In this document: positions 9,623 to 17,991 of the stretch, piece by piece
Position numbering within the stretch: position 1 is the first letter of the stretch
Layout of the letters: every line of letters begins with the position of its first letter
IMG/VR virus record: IMGVR_UViG_3300032893_000045
Span: 1-61,455 of that record
DNA: 61,455 bases
Reading direction: 5' to 3' (one strand)
DNA from: a virus
Taxonomy: Duplodnaviria; Caudoviricetes
Made by a program: the position numbers and the translations under genes
The notes under the pieces: generated by a model
The model's input: the letters and a program-made list of their open reading frames with translations, nothing else
The model's database searches: none
Told to the model about the DNA's origin: nothing

Positions 9623-12153
9623 TGGCGGTCCAGATCCAGCTTCGCCGGGGCACCGCGGCAGCCTGGACGGCCGCGAATCCGACCCTCGCGCAGGGCGAGT
9701 TCGGCGTCGAGACCGACACCCTCAAGGGCAAGCTCGGCGACGGCATCACGGCCTGGAACGCCCTGCCGTACACGCTCGCCGCGATCAGCGTGACGTCGAC
9801 GAAGGTGTCGAACGTCCTCTCGGTGGCGAACGCCGCCAGCAACGCGGCGTCAGTCGTCAGCCAGGCGCTCTCGGTAGAGGCGGCAGCCAGGGCCTCGAAG
9901 GACGACTCGCTCTCGAACGCGGTCTCGAACGCGATGAGCGTCGCCTCTGCCGCGTCGGCGGCCGCGGCCGCGCTGAGCGTCGCCCTCGCGGGACTGTCCG
10001 CCAAAAGCGCGGGCGGCACGTCTGTTAAGGGGCTCCAGAGCATCTTCAACGCTCTATCGAACCGAATCTCCGCCATCGCTGGAGGCTCCGTCACCTCGAC
10101 GAAAGTCTCGAACGTCCAGTCGAACCTTCAGAGCGCGATCAACGTGGTCTCGAACGCTCTCTCGAACGAGATCAGCGACAGGAAGAGCGCGCTGAACGTA
10201 GTCAGCAACGCGGTCTCGATCGTCTCGACGGCGGCCTCGAACGCGCTCTCCGTCGCAAACGCGGCGTCGAACGCGGCCTCGATCGTCAGCAACGCTCTCT
10301 CGAACGAGATCAGCAATCGCAACTCCGCCGTGAACGTGGTGAGCAACGCAGCGTCGAACGCCACCTCGATCGCGAACGCGGTCTCGAACGCGCTGAGCGC
10401 CCTGTCCGCCGGCCAGCTTTCCATCTTCTCGCAGCAGCTTTCGGTCCACAGCCAGAATCTCTCGGTCCTCTCGAACGCTCTGTCGAACGAGATCAGCAAT
10501 CGGCAGTCCGCCGACAACGCGCTCTCGAATGTCATCTCAGCGCTGTCCGCCGGCCAGCTTTCGATTCACAGCCAGGCCATCTCCGTCCTGAGCCAGCAGG
10601 TCTCGGTGATCTCGGCGCTCCTCGTCGGGGTGTCGGCGAGGAACTCCTCCGGAGCCTCCGTCAAAGGGCTCCAGTCGGCGATCAACGCGCTCTCGAACGA
10701 CATCTCGAACGTCCTCTCGGTCGCGAACGCGGCCTCGAACGCGGCGAGCATCGTCTCGACCGCCGCTTCCAACGCGCTGTCGGTAGCGAATGCCGCGAGC
10801 AACGCGGCCAGCGTCGTCTCCAATGCGCTCTCCAACGAGATCAGCAACCGCACGAGTGCCGTGAACGTCGTCTCGAACGCGGCGTCGAACGCGCTGAGCC
10901 TGGCGAACGCGGCCAGCGCGGCAGCCGCCGCCCTGAGCACGCTGCTCGCTGGCGTCTCGGTCAAGTCAGTCGGCGGGACCTCGGTGAAGGGGCTCCAGTC
11001 GATCCTCAACGCCCTGAGCAACCGCATCTCCGCGAGCGGAGGCGCTCCGACGAACGTCTCGGTGAAGTCGGTCGGCGGGGCGTCTGTCCAGGGCTGGCAG
11101 TCCGTCGTCGATGCCTTGAGCAATCGGATCTCGGCGGTGGTCGTGGGTGGAGGCGGGAGCGTCACCAGCACGAAGATCTCGAACCTCCAGTCAGCGCTCT
11201 CGGCCGCCGACACCACCATCAGCAACGCTGCCTCGAACGCGATGTCTGCCGCGATGGCGGCCTCGAACGCCGCCAGCATCGTGTCGAACGCGCTGAGCAA
11301 CGAAATCAGCAACAGGATCTCGGCCGACAACGCGCTCTCGACGGCGATCTCGAACGTCCTCTCGGCCCACAACGCGCTCTCCCAGGCGATGTCCGTCCTG
11401 AGTGCGGGCCAGTGGTCGGCGCTCTCACAGGCGGTCTCGGTCCTCTCGCAGCAGGTCTCGGTTCTCAGCCAGCAGATGTCCGTCACGACGGCGGCTCTGT
11501 CGAACCTGACCTCGGCCCACAACGCGCTGTCGAACGCCGTCTCTGCCCTCTCAGCGGGACAGCTTTCGATCCACAGCCAGGCGATCAGCGTCCTCTCCCA
11601 GCAGGTCTCGGTCCTGTCTCAGCAGGTCAGCGTCCTGAGCCAGCAAGCCTCCGTCGTCTCGGCCGGATTCGGGACCGTCCAGATGCGCAAGGTGACCGGC
11701 GCCCAGGTCATCTCGGCCGCGAGCTTCGCGAACGTCAGCGGTATGTCGCTGTCGGTCCAGTCCTCGAGCTACTACCAGATCGAGGGCCAAGTCCTCTTCA
11801 CGGTCTCCGTCGTCACCGGCACCGCGTTCGGTTTCACATTCCCGGCCGGAGTCTCCGTCGGCGCGATCACCTTCGAGTGCCTGACGAGCGTCATGGCCGG
11901 CGCGCCAGTCAACCTCGTCTCGACGAACTACGCCGTCAACAACATCACGGCGCCCTCGATGTCCACCGTTGCGACGGCCACGCTCTCGGTGCTCGGGGGC
12001 GCCTCGGCCGCCCAGTACACCGCCTATATCTACGGCCTCATCAGCCCAGGCGCGACGGCCGGGACGGTCCAGCTTCAGGCGAAGCAGTCGGCTACGGGCG
12101 GCGGCGTACAAATCCTTGCGGGATCCTTCCTGCGAGCGTATAAGATCGGGTAA
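9622..12153 (+). CDS. Tail fibre with Mtd-N/hyaluronidase-like N-terminal anchor, Ser/Ala/Asn/Val coiled-coil shaft and beta-rich tip, 843 aa
   Basis: N-terminal IQLRRGTAAAWTAANPTLAQGEFGVETDT..KLGDG..WNALPY motif; repeats SNALSNEISNR, SVLSQQV and SVKGLQS. Confidence 0.85.
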   Translation: MAVQIQLRRGTAAAWTAANPTLAQGEFGVETDTLKGKLGDGITAWNALPYTLAAISVTSTKVSNVLSVANAASNAASVVSQALSVEAAARASKDDSLSNAVSNAMSVASAASAAAAALSVALAGLSAKSAGGTSVKGLQSIFNALSNRISAIAGGSVTSTKVSNVQSNLQSAINVVSNALSNEISDRKSALNVVSNAVSIVSTAASNALSVANAASNAASIVSNALSNEISNRNSAVNVVSNAASNATSIANAVSNALSALSAGQLSIFSQQLSVHSQNLSVLSNALSNEISNRQSADNALSNVISALSAGQLSIHSQAISVLSQQVSVISALLVGVSARNSSGASVKGLQSAINALSNDISNVLSVANAASNAASIVSTAASNALSVANAASNAASVVSNALSNEISNRTSAVNVVSNAASNALSLANAASAAAAALSTLLAGVSVKSVGGTSVKGLQSILNALSNRISASGGAPTNVSVKSVGGASVQGWQSVVDALSNRISAVVVGGGGSVTSTKISNLQSALSAADTTISNAASNAMSAAMAASNAASIVSNALSNEISNRISADNALSTAISNVLSAHNALSQAMSVLSAGQWSALSQAVSVLSQQVSVLSQQMSVTTAALSNLTSAHNALSNAVSALSAGQLSIHSQAISVLSQQVSVLSQQVSVLSQQASVVSAGFGTVQMRKVTGAQVISAASFANVSGMSLSVQSSSYYQIEGQVLFTVSVVTGTAFGFTFPAGVSVGAITFECLTSVMAGAPVNLVSTNYAVNNITAPSMSTVATATLSVLGGASAAQYTAYIYGLISPGATAGTVQLQAKQSATGGGVQILAGSFLRAYKIG

Positions 12154-12158
12154 CGCCG

Positions 12159-12362
12159 ATGCCTGCCAAGAAGATCAAGCTGCGCCACGGCAGCGGGGTG
12201 ATCCTCGAGGTCAAGTCGATCCGGCTGCCCAACGGCAACCTGCTCTGCCCAGGCCGGGCGGAGCACGATCGCAAGGTGTTCGCGTGGATCGAGGCGGCTC
12301 CGGGCACCAGCCTGTTCAAGCGCTGGTCCACCGTCGCCGTCGACGAGCCCGATCCGCGGTGA
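12159..12362 (+). CDS. Hypothetical protein, 67 aa (possible fibre chaperone)
   Basis: ORF fills the gap and overlaps the next gene by GTGA. Confidence 0.55.
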   Translation: MPAKKIKLRHGSGVILEVKSIRLPNGNLLCPGRAEHDRKVFAWIEAAPGTSLFKRWSTVAVDEPDPR

Positions 12363-13714
12363 AGAGCCTCGAGTTCGGAACCAAGCACGAGACGCACTAC
12401 GCCGTACCGCTGTGGCTCCGAGACGAGCAGATCCGGCTGGCCTCGCGCCGTCCGATCCGGCGCCTCGAGACGTACACGGGTCCGCTGCGGACGGAGCCGA
12501 TCGCCATCGTCTGCTTCGGGCCGAGCCTCAACGACACCTGGGAGGAGATCCGCAACTTCAAGTGGATCATCACCTGCTCCGGCTCTCACCGCTTCCTGCT
12601 GGACCGCGGCATCGTCCCGACGTGGCACGTCGAGGTCGACCCGCGCGAGCACAAGGTCGCCCTCCTGGGCGAGCCTGACCCGCGGGTCGAGTACCTCGTC
12701 GCGTCGACGTGCCATCCGGCCTACTTCGACCACCTGAAGGACGGGCCCAACGTCGTCCTCTGGCACATCTTCCAGAACGAGCCGGACGCCTACCGCGTCC
12801 TGCCTCGAGGCGAGTGGTACGTCCTGGGCGGGACGAACGTCGGGCTGCGGGCGATGGCGCTGGCTCGGCTCTTCGGCTTCCGGAACCAGGTCATCTTCGG
12901 GATGGACGGCTGCCAGCGGGACGAGGTCCACAAGCACGCGACCGCCCATCCGCTCCAGGACGGCACGCCGTTCTCGACCGTGGAGTACGACGGCGTCGAG
13001 TACAAGACGACGGCGGCCATGCTCGAGAGCGCCAAGGGCACGTTCTACGAGCTCGACACCGACCTCCACGACGTCACGGCCGAGTTCCGCGGCGAGGGCC
13101 TCGTGCAGGCGATGGCTCGCAATTACGTGCGGAAGGAGCGCGATCCCGGCCGCAGCTACTTCCTGGCGATCCAGCCGCCCGAGCTGATCTCCGCCGAGTA
13201 CCGCGAGCTCAACGCGCGGCTCCATCGGGAGAGTCTCGCCTACGGCGTCGGCGGCGGCCGGTACGCCGGGCGCGTCGAGGAGATGGCGCGCGGCATGAAA
13301 ACGACGTCCGTCCTCGACTACGGCTGCGGCAAGGGCTACCTCGGCCGCGCGATGCCGTGGCCGATCTGGGAATACGATCCTGCGGTTCCGGGCAAAGACG
13401 ATCCGCCGCGGCCAGCCGACCTCGTCGTCTGCCTGGACGTCCTCGAGCACATCGAGCCGGACAAGATCCTGTTCGTCCTCGAGGACCTCGCCCGGGTGAC
13501 GCGCCAGGTCGGCTACTTCGTCGTCCACACGGGCCCGTCGAAGAAGAAGCTCGCCGACGGCCGCAACGCCCACCTGATCCAGCAGCCGCTGAAGTGGTGG
13601 TCGAAGCGGATCGGGATCTTCTTCCAGGTCGCCAAGGTCTTCAAGCAGGGACCGCTGCTTCACTACGTCGTCGGTCCAAAGCCGCACGCGAAAGCGGCTG
13701 CGAGGGTGGCATGA
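12359..13714 (+). CDS. Maf-like (DUF115/MptE-like) transferase fused to a class I SAM methyltransferase
   Basis: N-domain IAIVCFGPSL..GIVPTWHVEVDPR..GGTNVG..LFGFRNQVIFGMD; C-domain VLDYGCGKG..DLVVCLDVLEHI. GTG start inferred from the overlap. Confidence 0.8.
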   Translation: MKSLEFGTKHETHYAVPLWLRDEQIRLASRRPIRRLETYTGPLRTEPIAIVCFGPSLNDTWEEIRNFKWIITCSGSHRFLLDRGIVPTWHVEVDPREHKVALLGEPDPRVEYLVASTCHPAYFDHLKDGPNVVLWHIFQNEPDAYRVLPRGEWYVLGGTNVGLRAMALARLFGFRNQVIFGMDGCQRDEVHKHATAHPLQDGTPFSTVEYDGVEYKTTAAMLESAKGTFYELDTDLHDVTAEFRGEGLVQAMARNYVRKERDPGRSYFLAIQPPELISAEYRELNARLHRESLAYGVGGGRYAGRVEEMARGMKTTSVLDYGCGKGYLGRAMPWPIWEYDPAVPGKDDPPRPADLVVCLDVLEHIEPDKILFVLEDLARVTRQVGYFVVHTGPSKKKLADGRNAHLIQQPLKWWSKRIGIFFQVAKVFKQGPLLHYVVGPKPHAKAAARVA

Positions 13715-13812
13715 AGCAACCACGAAAGGCTTGGCTCCGCATGGCGCTGTGGGATCTGTCTCGCGGTCAAGTCCGCTTCGCCTTGATCGCACTTAAGCGA
13801 GCTTTCCGATGA
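13711..13812 (+). CDS. 33-aa basic peptide ORF
   Basis: ATGA overlaps at both ends couple it to both neighbours. Confidence 0.5.
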   Translation: MKQPRKAWLRMALWDLSRGQVRFALIALKRAFR

Positions 13813-14768
13813 GCATCACGAACCGGATCGACCGGATCACCCTGATCCCGGCCGAACGGCTCGCCACCGTGATCCCGCCTCCGCGCTCCGTCAAGATTGA
13901 GCTGACGGGGAGGTGCAACTACCGCTGCTCGTTCTGCGCCCTGGCGGCGCGGGAGTCCCAGCCGACGAAGGACATGGACCTCGACTTCTTCAAGCGGATC
14001 ACACGGGAGATGCGCGAGGCCGGCGTCGAGGAGATCGGCGTCTTCTTCATCGGCGAGTCGTTCCTCAGCCCGAAACTGCTCGTCGCGGCCGTCGAGTACC
14101 TGAAGCTCGAGCTCGGGATGCCCTACGTGTTCCTGACCTCGCAGGCCAGCCCGGCGACTCCGGCCAACGTCGAAGCCGTGATGCGCGCCGGCCTCGATTC
14201 CCTGAAGTGGTCGGTCAACTCTGCCGACGACCTCCAGTTCGAGGAGATCATGAAGGCGCCCGCGCATCTCCGGAAGAAGGCACTCGAAAACATCCGCTGG
14301 GCATGGCACATCCGCCAAGGCAAGGGCTACAAGACCAAGCTCTACGCCTCGTCGATCCAGTACGACGGCGAGCAGCAGGCGAAGATGGAGGCGGCGCTCC
14401 GGGTCGCGGTGCTGCCCTACGTGGACGAGCACTACTGGCTGCCGCTCTACTCGATGGGCAGCTTTGCAACCGCCCGCGAGGAGGCGCTCGGCTACCGTCC
14501 CGGCGCCGGCAATCAGGGCAGGATCGGCGCGCTACGCGAACCGCTACCGTGCTGGTCGGTCTTCACGGAGGGCCACGTCACTAGCGCCGGCCATCTGTCC
14601 GCGTGCTGCTTCGACGCCACGGACAACTGGTCGATGGCCGACCTTCACGAGACGCCCTTCGCGGAGGCGTGGAACTCCGAGGCGTTCCGCAGGCTCCGCC
14701 AGGCGCACCTCGCCCGGGACGTCAGCGGCACGGCCTGCGAGCATTGCATCGCTTACCAGGGGACCTAA
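13809..14768 (+). CDS. Radical SAM enzyme with SPASM/twitch domain
   Basis: CNYRCSFC (CxxxCxxC); C-terminal PC..G.LSACCFD..EAWNS..CEHC. Confidence 0.92.
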   Translation: MSITNRIDRITLIPAERLATVIPPPRSVKIELTGRCNYRCSFCALAARESQPTKDMDLDFFKRITREMREAGVEEIGVFFIGESFLSPKLLVAAVEYLKLELGMPYVFLTSQASPATPANVEAVMRAGLDSLKWSVNSADDLQFEEIMKAPAHLRKKALENIRWAWHIRQGKGYKTKLYASSIQYDGEQQAKMEAALRVAVLPYVDEHYWLPLYSMGSFATAREEALGYRPGAGNQGRIGALREPLPCWSVFTEGHVTSAGHLSACCFDATDNWSMADLHETPFAEAWNSEAFRRLRQAHLARDVSGTACEHCIAYQGT

Positions 14769-15079
14769 TCACTGCCCTCGCGGCCGCAGCGCGACTGCCA
14801 AAGGTGAAAGCAATTCGGGTGTAGGTTCACGTACTCGCTCTTTCGGGCGAGCACCATGACGACCTCCGTCTCGGCCGGAAAGATCCAGCCGCGTAGCCGC
14901 AGGATCTCGTCCCACGTCGGATAGCGGTCCGGGTGCGCGATCGAGGCATGGAGCCGGCCGCTGTCGACGCTCACGATCACGGTGAGGCGCTTCGCCATCG
15001 AGGCCCAGAGCTCGCCAGGGCAGGGCGCCGGCCCGATAGGCTCGAGGCCGAGCGGCGCCGACTGCGGATCGCCGATCAC
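14765..15079 (-). CDS. Conserved phage hypothetical protein
   Basis: HASI..RYPTWDEI..EYVNLHPNCFHLW is a motif I recognise from common phage proteins. Confidence 0.7.
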   Translation of the reverse strand: MIGDPQSAPLGLEPIGPAPCPGELWASMAKRLTVIVSVDSGRLHASIAHPDRYPTWDEILRLRGWIFPAETEVVMVLARKSEYVNLHPNCFHLWQSRCGREGSD

Positions 15080-15246
15080 CGGATCCTCCCGCTCACGACG
15101 GTCTTGCCTCCGGCCGCCTTGAGCTCCCGGATCCGCGCCTGCTCGACGAGCCAGCGGACTTGCTCGGCGTCGATCTGGACGCCGGCCTGCCGGAGTTCCT
15201 CAGCGAGCTCCCGGTAGACCTGCTCCTGTCGATCTTTCCAGTTCAC
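15076..15246 (-). CDS. Hypothetical protein
   Basis: GTG start after GGAG; 4-bp overlaps with both neighbours. Confidence 0.5.
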   Translation of the reverse strand: MNWKDRQEQVYRELAEELRQAGVQIDAEQVRWLVEQARIRELKAAGGKTVVSGRIR

Positions 15247-15512
15247 CGCTGCTCCTTCCCCTGGCCATGATTCCTTTCCTTCGCCGGCTGCAGTTCGCTC
15301 TCCAGCCATGGGTCGTCTTCGGCCAGTTCGTTATCGACCCTCTTCCGCAGCAGCTTCACCATGTCACGTACCTTCTCGGCGCTGTCCTCGTAACCCGAAG
15401 CCGCCTCGAATCCATCCGACTGGCGGAAGATCGACCAGTAGAGCAACGGATAGCCCGCCATGCAGCGCTCACGATGCGCTTCGATCTCATAGCCGCGGTA
15501 GGAGACCTTCAC
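15243..15512 (-). CDS. Hypothetical protein, 89 aa
   Basis: Coupled ORF with globular composition. Confidence 0.6.
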   Translation of the reverse strand: MKVSYRGYEIEAHRERCMAGYPLLYWSIFRQSDGFEAASGYEDSAEKVRDMVKLLRKRVDNELAEDDPWLESELQPAKERNHGQGKEQR

Positions 15513-17545
15513 GGCTGCTCCTTCCCCTGGGCGAGCTTGGCCCGCTCCTCGCGGACGATTGGCTGGGCGAGCGCAGCCAGCTCACGGAGGATTTCGGTCG
15601 TGCGGAACAACAACTCCCGCTTCGGGTCGTCGCAGTTGATCGCGTGCTCCAATTGAGCCGCCGAGCTAGCCTGCCTATCGATAGCGTCGCGTAACTTCCG
15701 CAGCGCCTCCTCGGCGGCGGCCAGCCGGGACTCAGTGCTGTCGATCTTCACCAGCGCAGCGTCGATGTCAGGCACGCCAAGCCGCTTTAGGACTCGGCTG
15801 CGCGCCCCGTCGAACAGCGGCTTCTGCCCGTTCAGCAGCGCGTCTCGCTCCGCCTCCGCTGCGCTGGCGCGGGCCTCGGCGGCTCGTGTAGCCAAGACAA
15901 TAGCGTTGTGTACCTGATCGTCTAGGAATGCCGCCCGTACTTCGGGACCAAACTGCTCCTCTAGATCGGCACGCAGCGACATGATCGCGTCGCCGTTGCT
16001 CTCCTCCAGTTTTAGCTGCGCTCGCAGCCGCTCGATCTCCTCGTCCTTCGCGGCGAGGCGGGCTTGTAGCTCGCGCTTGTCCTTGCCGCACTCACCGAGC
16101 CACTGGAGCGCCTGCTTCAACATCTCGCCGGCTGTCTTCTCGTCAGGCTCGTCCTGCGGGGCATGCACGCCCTCCCACGCCGCGAGCGCTTCATCCGAAC
16201 AGTCCGCCTCCCCCTGCGCCGGGGCCGGCTCGGCAGGATGTGTCAGCAGGTGATCGACGCGCTCCGAGAACTGCGGCGGTTTCCGTGGGCCTAGCAACTC
16301 AGCAGCGGTCAGCGGCTCCGGCTGCGGCTCAGCCTCCGGGGCAGGGGTGGGCGGCGGCACCGTTGCGGCAAGATCGCGGAGATCCTTCGCCAGAAACGGG
16401 TAGGACAACTCGCAAGCGTCGGCATAGGCTAGCAATGCCGGGCGCGAGAATGGATCGTGGTCGGTGTCGAGCACGAAGTAGTAGCAGTGCTCGTGCTTCC
16501 GCCCGCGACCGGACGAGCCGTCAGTGCGGATCACCTCGTACTTCCCGTACAGCCCCCGCTTCTCGTCCTCGGCTGGTGGGTACGGCGGCCCAGCCTCCGG
16601 GGCAGGGATGGTCGCGTCGATCTGCTCCGGCGGCATCTCGGGGTCCATCTCGCGGGAAGCTTCCAGGGCTGCGTTGGCGCGGGCCTCGGCGGCTCGCTCT
16701 CGCTTGCTGGCAGCGTGCCAGTGGTCACGCGCCCAGTCGAAGGCACCATGCCACCTGGCGATCTCCTCGTCCTTCGCGGCGAGGCGGGCCTGTAGTTGCA
16801 TCATCTTGCCTAGCAATTGATCGCGCTGCTTAACCATTGCAGCAAGACAAACCTCCAAGGGCGCCCCTTCTGCCTCCCCCTGCGCCGGGGCCTGTCTCGT
16901 CGCGGTGCCGTCCTTCCACTTCCCGGCTGTGGAGACGCCTCCGAGCAGCGGCGTGATCTCCTGCGCCGGGGCCTGGCACCGTGGATCAGCCACAAGAGCG
17001 GAACCTGCAGCGCCGCACTTCGCGCACTTCAACTCCCCCTGCGCCGGGGCCGGCTCGGCAGGCTGGTGTTGAACTGACTCCAAAACGCCAGTAACTGCTT
17101 GTTTTTCAGTGCGCTGAGCCGGTGTTGAAGCCGGCTCGGCAGGCGGCAGAAGCTCCCCAGCATGGCACCAGCAGTCGCAGCCCTCGCAATCGTCTACGCA
17201 GTTGTCGCCATGTACCGGCTCCTCCGGCTGCGGCCCAGCCTCCGGGGCAGGGGTGGGATTGAGGAACCGGAGCAGTTCGCCCGGAGCGTGGTCATGGCCG
17301 GGGTCATCGCACACCACGGCGCTGCCGGTGGGCGCGAGGGCGGCCCGAGCGTGATCAGCGATGGGGCAGTTCGGCGTGCCCATTGCCGCACATGCCTCAT
17401 CGTGGTGCTCCAGCAGTCCCTCGGCTAGCGCCCGCATCCTCCCCGCCTGCTCCAGCTCGGAGATCGCGGCGTCGATTGCCTTCACCACCCGTAGGCTGCC
17501 AACTGCTCGCAGCTCCCGAAGCGTCTCCATCTGCTCGCTCGTCAT
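15509..17545 (-). CDS. Mosaic accessory protein built from modules joined by repeated linkers, 678 aa
   Basis: GGAGG RBS; internal repeats PAPEAGP, PAEPAPAQGE, LQARLAAKDEEI and AAEARA. Confidence 0.7.
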   Translation of the reverse strand: MTSEQMETLRELRAVGSLRVVKAIDAAISELEQAGRMRALAEGLLEHHDEACAAMGTPNCPIADHARAALAPTGSAVVCDDPGHDHAPGELLRFLNPTPAPEAGPQPEEPVHGDNCVDDCEGCDCWCHAGELLPPAEPASTPAQRTEKQAVTGVLESVQHQPAEPAPAQGELKCAKCGAAGSALVADPRCQAPAQEITPLLGGVSTAGKWKDGTATRQAPAQGEAEGAPLEVCLAAMVKQRDQLLGKMMQLQARLAAKDEEIARWHGAFDWARDHWHAASKRERAAEARANAALEASREMDPEMPPEQIDATIPAPEAGPPYPPAEDEKRGLYGKYEVIRTDGSSGRGRKHEHCYYFVLDTDHDPFSRPALLAYADACELSYPFLAKDLRDLAATVPPPTPAPEAEPQPEPLTAAELLGPRKPPQFSERVDHLLTHPAEPAPAQGEADCSDEALAAWEGVHAPQDEPDEKTAGEMLKQALQWLGECGKDKRELQARLAAKDEEIERLRAQLKLEESNGDAIMSLRADLEEQFGPEVRAAFLDDQVHNAIVLATRAAEARASAAEAERDALLNGQKPLFDGARSRVLKRLGVPDIDAALVKIDSTESRLAAAEEALRKLRDAIDRQASSAAQLEHAINCDDPKRELLFRTTEILRELAALAQPIVREERAKLAQGKEQP
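16033..16789. repeat. 31-bp direct repeat at 16033-16063 and 16759-16789
   Basis: CGATCTCCTCGTCCTTCGCGGCGAGGCGGGC occurs twice. Confidence 0.9.
16208..17062. repeat. 30-bp direct repeat at 16208-16237 and 17033-17062, partial copy at 16874-16892
   Basis: CTCCCCCTGCGCCGGGGCCGGCTCGGCAGG read directly from the sequence. Confidence 0.9.
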
Positions 17546-17548
17546 CGG

Positions 17549-17779
17549 CTACACCTCCGTGGGCTTCTTCTCGTCGTGACAGTGGCAGTAGCGGATTGCC
17601 CAGGTCCCGAGGAGAGCGCGGACATTCTGGCGGGTGTTCTTTGTGCCGAGTGCTTCGACGATCTGCCGATCAGTACACCCACGTCGATACGCGTCCAAGA
17701 TGTCAGCACCCTCCGCTTCGGTTAGACCCGGCCTGAGCCGCGCGGCAGTAATTCCCTTGATCGCGTCAGTTCGATTCAT
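17549..17779 (-). CDS. Hypothetical protein, 76 aa
   Basis: GGAGGTG RBS upstream of the ATG. Confidence 0.6.
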   Translation of the reverse strand: MNRTDAIKGITAARLRPGLTEAEGADILDAYRRGCTDRQIVEALGTKNTRQNVRALLGTWAIRYCHCHDEKKPTEV

Positions 17780-17782
17780 CGG

Positions 17783-17965
17783 CTACACCTCCCGCACGTC
17801 CGCACGCCTCGCGGCCAGGACTGCCGTGACGCGGCGCCGGATCGCCTTAATCTGACGGTTGGACGGATGGCGGCCGAAGACGCGCCGGACCTCGCGCAGC
17901 GCCACGGCTTCCGCTTCGGTCCGCGCCACGCCGCGGCGGACGAGCTCTCGCAATCGCAGCTTCAT
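17783..17965 (-). CDS. Small Arg-rich protein, 60 aa, probably leaderless
   Basis: ATG sits directly downstream of the promoter-like motif. Confidence 0.5.
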   Translation of the reverse strand: MKLRLRELVRRGVARTEAEAVALREVRRVFGRHPSNRQIKAIRRRVTAVLAARRADVREV

Positions 17966-17976
17966 GCGCTACATCA

Positions 17977-17991
17977 TCGCACGCATGTCAA
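17977..17991 (-). promoter_or_regulatory. Shared motif TTGACATGCGTGCGA
   Basis: 14 bp identical to 49739-49752; 13/14 identical to 36630-36643. Confidence 0.6.

Noticed and set aside
9622-12153. Diversity-generating retroelement suggested by the Mtd-like N-terminus
   Set aside because: No reverse transcriptase ORF was seen, and no template/variable repeat pair differing at adenines.
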